A stretch of 64,000 nucleotides of DNA from Naegleria gruberi. Its lineage: Eukaryota. Under the pieces are notes generated by a model. It ran no database searches and was not told where the DNA came from. It saw nothing but the letters and a program-made list of their open reading frames with translations. Positions 49,173-61,900 of this stretch are shown piece by piece. The stretch lies in the NCBI GenBank assembly GCA_000004985.1, contig GG738921.1, one strand, 5' to 3'. The position numbers and the translations under genes were made by a program. Numbering within the stretch: position 1 is the first letter of the stretch; each line of letters begins with the position of its first letter.

Positions 49173-49494
49173 ATATTTAATGTACCATATTATTTTGTAA
49201 AATAGCACAAAATTGATGGCTTAATTGACTGAATTCCTTTATTTGCTGTTGCATAGTAACAAATTCAAATTAAATTTTCAAAGTTAAATTTAGATATTTA
49301 TTGTTTGGATTTTGGGTAACGGAATTCATAACAGAAAAAAATACATCCAAATCAACTGTGGAAGGAACTACTTTGATTGGAGAAGAAAAACACATCACCA
49401 CCAATTTTTTGATACTCTTTTGATCTAATCAAATATAATTGTAGATTTAACTTGATCATTTTTGGATCTTTTATCAACTTGATCGGAATTGAAA

Positions 49495-51543
49495 ATGGTA
49501 ACAGTTGATTTAAATAACGAGGATGAGAGCACATTATTGAAGGCTATAGAGAATAAGCCTGCTTCACCTCTCCTTGACTTTACAGATGAAAATGGAACAA
49601 TTCATATCATTGATGATATGGATACAAAGGAAGATACAGAATTGGCTAGAGCTATCCAAATTTCTCTTGATCAAGACAAGGCTTCAAATAATAATAATAC
49701 CAATTCAACAAATGTACCTTCAAACCCAGATGAGTTAATTTTAAGAACTACTTGGACTCCACAGGGAGATCAAGAGAAATTTCCAAGTGGTGTAGGCTTG
49801 AAGAATATTGGAAATACTTGTTATGTAAATGCATTGTTGCAATCATATTTCATGATACCCTCTGTTTTGAAAAGTATCATGAAAACAAAACCATCAGCTC
49901 AAAAACCCAATTCTTCTCCAGAAGATGTACAAATGACAGAAGCAAATCAAACACAGGATGCTTCATTGGCCCACTTAGATGAAGAATCTAGTATTGAGTT
50001 TTTACAGAGTCTACAAAAATTATTTGCAAGCATGTTACTTTCAAATACAAATTTTGTGGATCCCTCACCAGTCATGCAAAAATTGAAAGATGCTGAAAAT
50101 AAGCCATACAAAATTGGTGAAATGCAAGATTTACCAGAGTTTAACAGTTTATTCCTCTCTAGATTAGAGAAAGGAATGGAAACCCTACATAAGGAATCCA
50201 GAGAAAATATTTCAGCAAAATTCAAAGAACTTTTCTATGGAAAAACAGCTGTGTTTGTTGAAGCTGAGGAGTTGGACCATACCAAGATTGAAAAAAAGAC
50301 CATCGATACATTCAACCATCTTATCCTTCCAATATCTCAAGATACACGAAACTATATGGATGCCTTTGAATTGTGCATGAAGGACGACATGATTGAATAT
50401 ACCACAGATAAGAGTCACAAGACAAAGGCTCGTAAGACCATGTGGTTTGATGGAAAGGATTCTGTTCCTCCAGTTTTATTTTTACAAACATCTAGAGCTG
50501 TTTATGGTACCAATACTTTGACCAAAATTCAAAATTCAATTGATTTGCCTTTTGATCTTAATTTAGGACCATATCTTCTTCATAATAAGGAAATAACAGA
50601 AGGTATCAGATCCAAATTGAAAGTACTGAATCAAGAACTTGAACATGTTGACAGACGTCTTAAATCATTCTTGGAGTCTTATGAAAATAGAGACTTTGGA
50701 TTAATTCAAGCTTTTGAAGTGTGCTCAAATAGGTTATTTGAAATAAGGCATGAATATGAAGAACAATTATCTTCCTCAAATGCAAACAACATTGATCATT
50801 TTTCAATTGCTATTCAAGTTTTACAACAACAACAAGAAAATATGACAAGAAGAGTCTCTGAATTGAAAGAAAAGAGAGATTCATTACTCAACCAAATAGA
50901 AAAAGTTTGGGAGGTTCAATATCCTCAAGAATTAACATACAATCTTTATTCAATAATTATGCATTCAGGATCAAGTGCCTTAGGTGGACATTACTGGAGT
51001 TATATCAAATATCAAGGAGATGATGATACTTGGTTTAAGTTTAACGATACAATAGTCACCACTTTAACAAAAGAAGATGTGATCAGAGAAGCTTTCAAAA
51101 CCAAGAGTAATTCTGCATACTGTTTAATTTATATTGATCCAAGCAAAACTGGCAAGTTTGATGCATCTTTCAAAGATGAAATAGTCACAGAAGTACCTCA
51201 ACAAGTACTCGCAGAAATTGAAAGGAAAAACCATGATATTTTAAGAAAATTCAAACCTGAAATTCTACAGGAAATGAAGAAGAATTTTTCAGTCAAAGAT
51301 TTATTGAAAGATGATATGACCAACAGAATACATTTAGCAAGAAGCGATTTGCAAAATTCATCTTTAGAGCATGATTACAAGTTGAGAAACTTCCTTTCCT
51401 TCCTTCAATGCATTATAAATGCAGCTTCTTCTGAGGCTGCTAAAAACGAGCTCAATGCTATATTTTGCGCTCACATTGTAAATGAAGGTCAGAGGCTGTA
51501 TTTGGTGAATCATTTTCAAAGAATCCTGAACATCAAAAAATAG
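49495..51543 (+). CDS. Ubiquitin carboxyl-terminal hydrolase (USP, C19 family), USP25/28-like with N-terminal UIM
   Basis: The Cys box is GLKNIGNTCYVNALLQ and the His box is YNLYSIIMHSGSSALGGHYWSY. The UIM-like motif EDTELARAIQISLDQD lies near the N-terminus. Confidence 0.8.
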   Translation: MVTVDLNNEDESTLLKAIENKPASPLLDFTDENGTIHIIDDMDTKEDTELARAIQISLDQDKASNNNNTNSTNVPSNPDELILRTTWTPQGDQEKFPSGVGLKNIGNTCYVNALLQSYFMIPSVLKSIMKTKPSAQKPNSSPEDVQMTEANQTQDASLAHLDEESSIEFLQSLQKLFASMLLSNTNFVDPSPVMQKLKDAENKPYKIGEMQDLPEFNSLFLSRLEKGMETLHKESRENISAKFKELFYGKTAVFVEAEELDHTKIEKKTIDTFNHLILPISQDTRNYMDAFELCMKDDMIEYTTDKSHKTKARKTMWFDGKDSVPPVLFLQTSRAVYGTNTLTKIQNSIDLPFDLNLGPYLLHNKEITEGIRSKLKVLNQELEHVDRRLKSFLESYENRDFGLIQAFEVCSNRLFEIRHEYEEQLSSSNANNIDHFSIAIQVLQQQQENMTRRVSELKEKRDSLLNQIEKVWEVQYPQELTYNLYSIIMHSGSSALGGHYWSYIKYQGDDDTWFKFNDTIVTTLTKEDVIREAFKTKSNSAYCLIYIDPSKTGKFDASFKDEIVTEVPQQVLAEIERKNHDILRKFKPEILQEMKKNFSVKDLLKDDMTNRIHLARSDLQNSSLEHDYKLRNFLSFLQCIINAASSEAAKNELNAIFCAHIVNEGQRLYLVNHFQRILNIKK

Positions 51544-51607
51544 TAGACGAATTAATAGAAGACCACTCTGTTACTGAATTGGCTTAGAAGATTACAAAAT
51601 TTATAGA

Positions 51608-52153
51608 ATGGCTAGATTGGCAATTAATAGAGCTCTCACATCAATTACAAATAGCACATTCACTGATTCCATTAATTATTTGGCATTTTCAATTTCAGAA
51701 TCTAGACGTATTAAGAACAAATTCATTCAAGAAGAAATGGTGAAGGAGGCTCAATCTGTTCTCAATATTTGTTGTGCCTCTCTCCTCAGTGAAATGCTGT
51801 CATTCTTGCAATTTGAAACTGGCGAACCAAGTAAGCAAATTGTCAACTTTTGTGTTAAATGTGCAGCTGATTTCGGCTCTATTGAATTGTGTAAATACTT
51901 GTTAGAAAAATGTGACCTAATCAACCAACAATTCGATGGTTGTTTAAAGACCTATAATGTTTGGATTGAAGATTTAAAGAAACGAATTAAGAATGATAGA
52001 GTTATTGGAACAAACTATCACATCGATAAGAAATCTGTCCACATTTCTCCTCAAGAGGATGAATCTTACTATGAAGCTGAAATTGAAGAAAGCAAGAGAA
52101 ACTATCCTCAATTCCTCTCCCTACGAGCAGCTTACGCTTCGGATTTTATATAA
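51608..52153 (+). CDS. Hypothetical 181-aa protein (possibly separate gene; no recognisable domain)
   Basis: The ORF has an ATG at 51608 and an in-frame stop upstream at 51575. I could not build a clean splice to the USP gene. Confidence 0.3.
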   Translation: MARLAINRALTSITNSTFTDSINYLAFSISESRRIKNKFIQEEMVKEAQSVLNICCASLLSEMLSFLQFETGEPSKQIVNFCVKCAADFGSIELCKYLLEKCDLINQQFDGCLKTYNVWIEDLKKRIKNDRVIGTNYHIDKKSVHISPQEDESYYEAEIEESKRNYPQFLSLRAAYASDFI

Positions 52154-52364
52154 ATTATTTTCAACACAACTATATATTAAAATACTCTTGTACAACAAGA
52201 TCCACCTCAATGACACGTTTATTGACCCTTTAAAAGATCTAAATTCCAAGTAATTTCCATCAAAATAACCATCGCTGCTGTTAGAGAAAAGATACTTGGC
52301 AATGTTGTTTGATTTATTAATTTTTTATTTTTACACGTAATTGCCCCATCATCACTCTAAAAAA

Positions 52365-55199
52365 ATGATGCAAGAACGAGACCCACACAACAAGGCAAAG
52401 GACGAAGATGAAGAGGGTAAGTGTATCATCCTATTAGAGGTGCGATGTATTTTTGATCATCAATTGTATTAATATTATTAATCATCATCGTGATATTATT
52501 TTAATTATTATTGGATAATTTTTGAACAACAACAACAATATTATTAATATTCGATCTTTATAGTTGAATTTCCATTCCAAAATTTGGAAAAGACTCAAGT
52601 CTTACAAGAGACTAGAATTTTCAACGAGTCACCTCTAAGTCCTCGTAAATGTGTTCTTACACTTCTCCAACTCTTGTACGTCATTTATCAAGGAAAGAAT
52701 TTGAATGCTACTGAAGCTACCGATGTTTTTATGAACATTACAAAGCTTTTCTTAAGCCCTGATGTACGATTGAGAAGAATGTTATATATTGCTGTAAAGG
52801 AACTTTCAAGGACAGCTAATCAAACATTTGTAGCAAGTAACAGTCTCTTCAAGGACATGAGTCAAAATCAAAACGAAGATTTTAAAATCAACGCTATTCG
52901 TTCATTAAGAACAATCATGGATGAAAATCTTTTCAGTAACCTTGAAAGACACTTGAAGCAATGTGTTGTTGATAAGAATCCAGGTGTTGCCAGCTCTGCT
53001 ATTTTGGCTGGTTTCCACATGTCCGATTCACAAAAAGGTGATCAACTTGTTAAGAGATGGACTGGAGAAATTCAATCAGCTGTTGATTCTCGTTTCCACA
53101 TGGTACAATACCATGCTTTGGCATTATCTTACAAACTTAGACATCAAGATGGTTTGGCTATCAGCAAGATTGTTTCCGCTGGTATGCAAAATCTCAGATC
53201 ACCTCTTGCTCATACTCTTCTCATCAAATATTCCATGAGGATTATGAGAATGGAAGGAAATATTAATTCTGATAGAAGCAAGGCAATTTTACAATATTTA
53301 ACATCATGTCTTAAATTTAGAAATGATATGGTCATTCTTGAAGCTGCTAAAGCAATTTGTACAATTAGAGATTTAGGAAAGGAACTTTCCGCAGCTATTG
53401 AAGCTCTTCGTATGTTCTTGTCATCAAACAAGCCAGTTAAGAGATTTGCTGCAATTCGTCTTTTGAATGATGTTGCAAATCATTATCCAACTCTTGTTTC
53501 TCAATGTAATAACGAACTTGAAAAGTTGATTGCTGATCCAAATAGAAATATTGCTACCCTCGCTGTTACAACTCTCTTAAAGACTGGACAAGAAACAAAT
53601 ATTGAAAAATTGATGAAGAAGATTCAAAGATTTATTCCAGAAATTCCTGATGAATTCAAGATTATTGTTGTTAAATCTATTGAATCTTTGTGTATTAGAT
53701 ATCCAAAGAAGTTCTACAGCATGGTTTCTTTCTTATCAAATGCTTTACGCACTGAAGGTGGATATGAATATAAGAAACAATTAGTCAGTACTTTGATTTC
53801 AATCTGTAAGGCATTGCCAGAAAGTAGAGATTTGATTGTTTCCTACTTGTGCGAATTTATTGAAGATTGTGAATATACCATTGTTTTGCAACAAGTATTA
53901 CACTTTTTGGGAGATGAAGGTACTCAAAGTACAGGTCCTTCTAAATGTATTAGATTTATTTATAATCGTTTGATTTTGGAAAACCCAACCGTAAGAGGAA
54001 GTGCTGTTATTACTATTGCTAAATTTGCTGCCAAGATTCCAGACCTTAGAAAGTCTATTTTGGTCATTTTGAGAAGAGTTTTACTCGATAGTGATGATGA
54101 AGTCAGAGATCGTGCTGTTTTCTACGTTAAGGCTCTCGAAACAAAGGATGAAGATTTGATTAGAAAGTTGATTGTTAATGACCTTCCAGATAATATGCAA
54201 CACTACTTCTACAGTGTTGAAAAGAGTTTGGTTAACTATCTTCAATCTACTCTTGATGAACCATTTGATCTTTCTGATGTCCAACTTGTTGATGCTTCTG
54301 CCATTCAAACTGAAGCTCCTACTGAAACTGGTTTGGAATCTGCTGTAACACAACCAATCCTTTCTGAAACTACCACCACTGAAACTAGCAATGCCAATGA
54401 TACTCAAGAATATGAACAAGCAATTACAAAGATTCCACAACTCCAAAATCTTGGAAAGGTTTTCAAGACAAACCCTCCAATTTACCTTACTGAAGTTGAC
54501 GCTGACTATGTAGTCTCATGTGCTATCCATGTTTTCGAATCTAATATTGTTCTCCAATATATTGTAAAGAATAGAGTTGAATCTCAACAATTGAGTAACC
54601 TTATTGTTGATTTGGATTTGGGAGATTTTGAAGATGTACAAGAAGTTTTCAAGATTCAAGCTGAATCAGCTATCAAATTTAATCAAGCCGAATCTACCTT
54701 TGTTGTTTTGAAGAGAGAAAAGGAAATTGCTACTGGTAAAATTTTCAGTACTCTCAAGTTTTGTACAGCCGATGTTGATCCAGAAACTGGTGATCCTTAC
54801 GATGAAGAAGATGAGAATGAAGACGAATTTGAATTGGAAGCATTTAATATTCGTGTTACTGATTTCGTTAGAAATATGGCAGTATCATCATTCAAAGAAG
54901 AATGGGATAAGCTTGGTGAAGAGTCCGAATTTGCTCAACAACCAATTGAATACACTGCATCAGATGATTTGCAAGCTGCTGTTGACAAGTTCATTTCTAG
55001 TGTTGGTTTGAGACCAATTGGTGACAGAACCGTCTCAAAGAAGACTCACTCTTTATACTTTGCTGGTAAATCAATATTCGGTGATATGGTTTTGGTTGCT
55101 GCTCAATTAGGTGAAAAGAATGGTTCTATACTTCTTAAATTATCTGTGCGATCACAAGGAGATTTGAGAGAAAGTATTGTTCAACAATTATCTGATTAA
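52365..55199 (+). CDS. Coatomer subunit gamma (COPG), 2 exons
   Basis: Exon 1 is 52365..52416 (MMQERDPHNKAKDEDEE-). An intron with GGTAAGT..TTATAG boundaries lies at 52417..52563. Exon 2 is 52564..55199 and opens VEFPFQNLEKTQVLQETRIFNESPLSPRKC...LLYVIYQGKNLNATEATDVF, which matches the COPG N-terminus ([27 protein letters not shown]). Confidence 0.85.
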
Positions 55200-55228
55200 A
55201 CTTATTTAAATTTATATTATTAAGATTT

Positions 55229-56671
55229 TTATTGTTTTGCATAAACCAAAAGGAAACTCTGAGAAATTGACACTTCTTCAGCAATGACTTCCTTTACATC
55301 CAAATCCTGAATTTCATACCACTTTCCTTCAGCAACATTATGTACATGTATTTTGTAGACACTTCCATCATGACAAATATTGGCAACAAGATTGTAATGA
55401 CTTCCAGAGTAATCTGGAGCTATCTCACTAATGTCTAAATTATTGAGAGGAAAGTTAACAATTGTGTTATTCTTCTCTTCAAAGAAAAAGTTCTTGGAAA
55501 ATCTCTTTACATGGAAAACTAAATATGGTGGTAATTTTTCAATCTTGTACTTTCTCATTTCTACATTGCCATCATTGAGTGGAACAGCTGTTTCCTTCTC
55601 ACCATTGAATTTCGAAAGCAAACTGAAAAGCGAAACTTGGGGTAAGATATTTCTCTCATATTCATCTTTGAATATTGGCGCTGAAGGCACATCTAGTGTC
55701 AAAAACATGAATGGTGTTGTATTTTGTGAGGTTGTTTCTTCCACTTGTTTTTTGTCAGCTCCACCCGATTTCTTTCTTTTAATTACTTTCGAAGTGATTG
55801 TAATCCTACCTCTAAATGATTCTGATATTATACTCTTTTGTTTTGGTTGATTATCAGTCAGTTCTCCATGTAAATAGTTCAACAACCATGTGAAAAATTG
55901 GACTGGGTCTATACTTTCTCCTAGTTTAAATTGCTTTGCGTTTGATAAAATACTTTGTACAAATTCTAGAGGATTTACATGATTCTTAAAATTTTTAGGA
56001 TTCCAAATTTTTCTTAACAATTCAGAAAATAGTAATACAGATCTGGACTTGACTTTTGAAAGATTCTTCTGATCCAAAAGGAAAAAGTCTCTAACTGGCT
56101 TAATTCTAGTAAGTGCTTGAATTGCCACATTTATACCATCTGTAGATTGTTTGATTGAATTTAATCCAACAAAACCTGGCATGAATGTAGCACCATTACT
56201 TATTGATGTTACTGTTTTCAATTGAATATCCAATTCCTCGACATCCTTCTCAGAATATGTTGGATTCAAATTAAATTTAATATCCTCCAAACTCTTATCA
56301 TTCACTTCATAATTATCAGGCAAACAATATATTTTTCCATTAGAAATACTCATAAATAAGTGATGATCCTCGTTCAGTGAGTGAATATAAGCTGGTGTAG
56401 ACTCTCCTTTTCCTTTAAAGAATTTTCCATCAACCAAACAACAATAAACATTAGTATTGGACAATGTTTCGGAGCAAACTTTTTCAAAATCAAAATCCAA
56501 AACTTTTCTATTAATTGTATCCAGATATGGACACTCACTCTCATCTATATTCTGTACTGATTGATTACCATTGGTCTTTAACTTTTTATGATGATTATTC
56601 GTATCCTCCGATTCACTTGATTGAACACTCTCAGACAACTTTCTCTTTAAAGATTCTTCCATAGTCTTCAT
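55229..56671 (-). CDS. USP39/Sad1-like tri-snRNP protein (zf-UBP + catalytically inactive UCH domain)
   Basis: The zf-UBP block is CPYLDTINRKVLDFDFEKVCSETLSNTNVYCCLVDGKFF. The degenerate Cys box MPGFVGLNSIKQSTDGINVAIQAL lacks the catalytic Cys, as in USP39. Confidence 0.75.
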   Translation of the reverse strand: MKTMEESLKRKLSESVQSSESEDTNNHHKKLKTNGNQSVQNIDESECPYLDTINRKVLDFDFEKVCSETLSNTNVYCCLVDGKFFKGKGESTPAYIHSLNEDHHLFMSISNGKIYCLPDNYEVNDKSLEDIKFNLNPTYSEKDVEELDIQLKTVTSISNGATFMPGFVGLNSIKQSTDGINVAIQALTRIKPVRDFFLLDQKNLSKVKSRSVLLFSELLRKIWNPKNFKNHVNPLEFVQSILSNAKQFKLGESIDPVQFFTWLLNYLHGELTDNQPKQKSIISESFRGRITITSKVIKRKKSGGADKKQVEETTSQNTTPFMFLTLDVPSAPIFKDEYERNILPQVSLFSLLSKFNGEKETAVPLNDGNVEMRKYKIEKLPPYLVFHVKRFSKNFFFEEKNNTIVNFPLNNLDISEIAPDYSGSHYNLVANICHDGSVYKIHVHNVAEGKWYEIQDLDVKEVIAEEVSISQSFLLVYAKQ

Positions 56672-56858
56672 ACAATTATTAAATTTCAAAATTGATATAA
56701 TCTTCTAATAATATACTATTTAAAATAGTGTGCCGGCACCAAAACTACAATATCGAAATAACAACAACAAGGCTTCTTGTGATGAAGGCTTGATAACAAG
56801 GAATATTTGTAAGAGAATCTAAAAATTAAATTTTTTTTTAAATTTGAAATTGAAAAAA

Positions 56859-58841
56859 ATGAGCAAGCAATACATTGTCACGCCGCGCGACATTCAAAAC
56901 TTTGATGAAAACGAAGAATTTGTTTTTGATGAACCTGAAGTAACTTTTAATGACGATATTTCCAATGTTGTTGTTATTGATGGTTTACCAATCATTGACC
57001 AAGCCAAGGAAGAAGCTTTAAAGAGCAAGGTTGTTCAAATTATAGAAAAGAAAGCCGAAGCAAAGATTGTTAATTTTTATATTCCATATCAAGCAGGAAA
57101 GTCTAAAGGTATGGCTATTGTAGAACTTTCAACAGCAGAACAAGCTAAAAAGGTCCTTGATGGAATTGAAGGATTTAAATTTGCCAGTTTTACTCTTCAC
57201 TCAATTTCTGCAGCTGAAGTGGACAAGTATCAAAAATTCGACGAAACAACATACCAACAACAACACAAACAACAATCAAAACAATACAAGGAAAGAGATA
57301 ATTTGGTCAGCTGGTTGAAGGATCCTAACGCAAGAAGTCAATATGCTATTAGATATGATGAAACTGTTGATATTTGTTGGAATGATCCACTTCACGTTAA
57401 AGAAATTATTTACTCTAAAGAAAGATGGTCCGATGATAAGATTGACTTTTCACCACTTGGTTCATATATTGTTACTTATCACGAAAAAGGTGTTGCCTTG
57501 TGGGGTGGTCCAGAATTCAAAGACCAAGATACTCTTTCACATAGGAACGTTATTAGTGTTCAATTCTCACCAAACGAATCATTTGTTGTAACTGTTAGTG
57601 AAAGTCCAGCTAGAGCTGTCTTGTGGGATTTGAGAGCCCAAAGAAAGGCCATGTCTCTTCCATTGAAGGATAGAAGTGCTCTTAAAGGACATGTTTTCAA
57701 GTGGAGTGCTGATGAAAAATACTTTGCCAAGATGGGTGTAGATTGTATCCACATTTTCGATTCTTCTACTATGGAATTGCTCCACCAAAAGACATACTCT
57801 GTTCCAGGTGTCAGAGATTTTGCTTTCAATCCTGTTGGTAAATCTTTCATGATTTATTCCGCTATTAATGATACCAATGGAGAAGGTTTGGTTACTTTGG
57901 TTGATATTAACAGTAGATCAATCAAGGAATTGAAGTCTAAACCATACTATAACTCTACTGATATTAAGCTCAACTGGCAACTTAGTGGTGACTACATTGC
58001 TATTGCTACTAGTCGTGAATCAACAATTCAAATGGAAAAGGTCATTACAACTGCTTTCGATGTTATGAAAGTTAACCAAAAGAACTTCCCAATTGAAGGT
58101 ATTGCTGATTTTAATGATTGTGTCGATGAATTCGAATTTGAACCAATCGGAGATACTCTCGCCATTATTCACGGACCTGGTAATGTCAAGAAGTCTTTCA
58201 GTTTGTATTCATTCAAGAATGCTGTTCACAAGCTCATTAAGAAATGTGAAGGAAAGACAATTAATAGAATGTTGTGGAGTCCTCGTGGTCATGATTTGGT
58301 TCTCATGAATACAAAGCTTGTCAGTGTTACTCTCGAATTCTGGAATGCTGAAGAAGGTGAACTTGTTGGTACAGGAGAACACTTCTCTATGACTGATGCT
58401 TGTTGGGATCCATCTGGTAGATATTTCTCTACTTTTGTTAGTGCTGAACGTAGATCAAATGACAATGGTTTCATTATCTGGACATTCTTGGGTAAGGTTA
58501 TGCATAAGGCTAACGTTGAAAGACTCCTCGAATTCAAATGGAGACCAAGAATCAAATCACTCCTCACTGCTAACATGGAAAAGGAAGTCAAGAAGAGATT
58601 ACCAAACAAGAAGGTTGAAATTGAACAAAAACTTTTACAAGAAGCTAAGGCTTTGCGTGAAGCTAAGCTCAAGAAGAGAAAGAGTGCTTGGGATGAATTT
58701 GAACAAGTTTTGGCCAGACTGAAGTCTCAATACGAAAAGATGAAACCAGAATTGATTGCTCTTAAGGGTTATGATCCTGATGAATTTAATCAAGAAGAAG
58801 TTGATGAAGTTATTGAAACAATTGAAGAAATTGTCGAGTAA
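56859..58841 (+). CDS. Eukaryotic translation initiation factor 3 subunit B (eIF3b): RRM + beta-propeller
   Basis: The RRM region is NVVVIDGLPII...KGMAIVELSTAEQAKKVL. WD/propeller repeats follow, and the C-terminal helix is rich in K and E. The 660-aa length is typical of eIF3b. Confidence 0.8.
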   Translation: MSKQYIVTPRDIQNFDENEEFVFDEPEVTFNDDISNVVVIDGLPIIDQAKEEALKSKVVQIIEKKAEAKIVNFYIPYQAGKSKGMAIVELSTAEQAKKVLDGIEGFKFASFTLHSISAAEVDKYQKFDETTYQQQHKQQSKQYKERDNLVSWLKDPNARSQYAIRYDETVDICWNDPLHVKEIIYSKERWSDDKIDFSPLGSYIVTYHEKGVALWGGPEFKDQDTLSHRNVISVQFSPNESFVVTVSESPARAVLWDLRAQRKAMSLPLKDRSALKGHVFKWSADEKYFAKMGVDCIHIFDSSTMELLHQKTYSVPGVRDFAFNPVGKSFMIYSAINDTNGEGLVTLVDINSRSIKELKSKPYYNSTDIKLNWQLSGDYIAIATSRESTIQMEKVITTAFDVMKVNQKNFPIEGIADFNDCVDEFEFEPIGDTLAIIHGPGNVKKSFSLYSFKNAVHKLIKKCEGKTINRMLWSPRGHDLVLMNTKLVSVTLEFWNAEEGELVGTGEHFSMTDACWDPSGRYFSTFVSAERRSNDNGFIIWTFLGKVMHKANVERLLEFKWRPRIKSLLTANMEKEVKKRLPNKKVEIEQKLLQEAKALREAKLKKRKSAWDEFEQVLARLKSQYEKMKPELIALKGYDPDEFNQEEVDEVIETIEEIVE

Positions 58842-58900
58842 ATCTAACCTATTTATTTATTGATTAAATCAAATATAGTTTTTTTGTACAGAGAAGGAAT

Positions 58901-61900
58901 TTATGTTTGTAAAAAGTTCAATAGTGATTCCAAAGATTCTGCAACTTGAATAAATTCTGGTCTTTGATTAGGTTCATTATTCCAACATTCTTTCATAATT
59001 TCGATATAATCCGAAAGAGATAGTTCTAATTTTGAAATTCCATATTTATCAATTTCCTTTTTTGAAATATTATTTTCGATCCATGCTTGATCTGTAGTAA
59101 TAATTCTTGGTCTATGTCCTTTGATGACTTCCATCAATATGGAAAATACTGTATTGGTGTCTGACAATTCATCCGAAAATGGGACCATTTCGTATAATAA
59201 TTCCCACAAAATAATTCCAAAAGAGTAAACATCAATTTTAGTAGTAGGACCTCTATGATGATTAGAAAGTAACTCCTATTAGAAATTATATTTAAATTAT
59301 TCAGAAATGTTATCAAAAACTTACAGGTGCCTTTTAAAATAGTTTAAATTAGAATTCGAATAAAACTTACAATATCTTTACATCAAAATTAAGAAACTGA
59401 TCTAATTTCGTATTACTTACATAATAGAGTTCCAACATTTGTGGTCATTGTTGCAGAATTCCCATTAACAATCTTACTTAATCCAAAATCTCCCACTTTT
59501 GCATTCATATTCTTGTCGAGTAGAATATTTGCACATTTCAAATCTCTGTGAATTATCTTGTTTGGCCTAATTGAATGTAAATAGACCATTCCTTTACATA
59601 CATCATTCAGAATATTTAATTTTGTAACGTAACTCAATTTCTTTTTTCCTATTTTTGATTCGTAAATTGCTCCATCTAAGGCACCATTCGAAAGATATTC
59701 CACCTTAATATTCAATTCATTAAGTACATCAATTGTATTCAAATACTTACAATCATATATTTTGATTCAGTGGATAGAGAAATTCCATAACAACTAACAA
59801 TTGAAGGATGTCGTAGGGAGCTCATCAATAAGGCCTCCCTTTCAAATTCTTCATCATCAGTGTCTGTCTTGAATTGCTTAATGGCAACATCTGTTTTGTT
59901 CCAAAGTCCTTTATAAACCACACCCGACGCTCCTTCACCAATCTTTTTCACGATAGTAATATCTGAAATTGGAATAATGTACCTTTCAGGAGTTTCATTA
60001 TTCAAACTATTCTCAAGTAAGGGCAAGTTTTCGATACCATTTCCAAATACAAAGTATTTGTTTTTGAATTGATCTTCAATTCTCTTCTCCGCCTTTTCTT
60101 GTTTTCTCAATTTGAACAACTTTTTCATTACATAAACGATTACAAAAATTGTAAAAGAAAAAATGATGGTGAGTGAGATAGTTCCCAAAACTGCTGATGG
60201 AATAATTATCTCAAATGGAATGGATTGACAGTAATAATACTTGCCTCCTCCCAACACCAATGAAAATCCTGCTGGACATTTCATTACTTCCACATTAACA
60301 AACGAGGTAATAACATCCAAGTCTGTAATTGAAAATCTCAACTCAAAATGGTCAGAATTGAAATCCTTATCAACGAGTAGGTATTGTAAATTGTTGAGCA
60401 TGATATATCCTTCTCCGACTTGATAATCCTGCTTTTGTAGAATGATATTCTTCACAGAAGAAACTACCAAAAGTGGGGAGTCACTAGAAAGCTTTGAAGT
60501 GCTTTGATTATATTGATCATAAATGAATAATTTGAAATCAAGTGGTTGGCCAGGATACACTTGAATGGATTTGCCTTCTGCAACTCTGAATTGACCATCC
60601 TGTCCTCTAAATTCAATTCTTTGGCTCACCAATTCTGAACCGATATCATTTCCATAATAGTAAGCTCTGTTTTCACCAATCATTCGATATTTCGTATTTG
60701 GATTTAAGGAACTCGATGTGGATGATTTGTAGATACAACCTCCAACTTGAAATGCAATATTATCCTGACAATAACTGTCAGTTGTGGCAATACCACTTAA
60801 TAGATTGAGGAGATAGATGGCTCCTCCCTTCTTTGCCTCATTTCCAATAAATGAACAGTTTGAGAGAGTTAGGGAATTACTGATCTCAATTCTAATGGCA
60901 CCTCCAAATTCTGCAACATTATTCGAAAAGAAACAATTGAAAACTATTAAGCTATTGCCATTGTAAAAAAGAGGTGAACCACCCATATTGTTTCTGAACT
61001 GACACGTCCTTACCATTGAAGCTGTTTGCTCAGATGTCATGATTGAAACAAAAGAGGAATCTTTCAGAACTCTATTGGAAATGAATTTTGATTCGTCTAT
61101 TACTATTGGAGCTACAATTGTATTAATATCCCAATAGATATCCTTAATAGATAGTATTGTTCCAGTATTGTTATTAAATGTACAATTAAATACTTGAACA
61201 GTTTTACCTTTTTGAATGGAAATCAAATTGGCAAATATATTGTTAGTTACATTCCAGTTTCGAATAGAGATTTCGGTAGAACCAATCAAGCTCAGATAGG
61301 ATTCGGATATATCACCAATAACTCGATCAATAATACTAATTCCATCCAAAACAACTTGAAAAACTATCATAATCTGAATAGTTGGAATGGAGCTAGCCTC
61401 TGTAATATTCAACACGTTTCCAGCATTGAAAGCACATAAAGAACTAGCTGTCCAATGACAATTGTTAATTTTCACAGTTCCAAAAAAATCAATATTTAGA
61501 ATTGCATTCAATAATTTAGAATTATCTATTTGAATAGACTCTGTCTTACTCAATCTTACTTTCGTTTCAGAAATGGTCGATTCAAATACTCGAAATGTCT
61601 CCACCATTGCATTTTTCAATCCAAAGTTGTTGAAATTTGACTGATTAATAAGTAAATTTTTCACATTTAATTCACTCATTACCAACAAATCACTATGGCA
61701 TTGATCAAAACTGAGAATTTCCAATTTCCTATCCAAACTCAATGCTCTACCAACTCCTCCATTCACAAAATGAAATCTCTCAATTACACTCTGCCTATTA
61801 ACGAGCCACTCACATCCAGGATATATAAAACCATTAGTATCCATTCCAATCCAACTCAATTCAAATCTATTGGTATATTCGGAAAAGTCAAACAATTGTC

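Noticed and set aside
51543-51608. Attempt to join ORF 51608..52153 to the USP25/28-like gene as a 3' exon
   Set aside because: No donor/acceptor pair gives a consistent phase. An in-frame TGA lies at 51575 upstream of the second ORF. I left them as separate genes.
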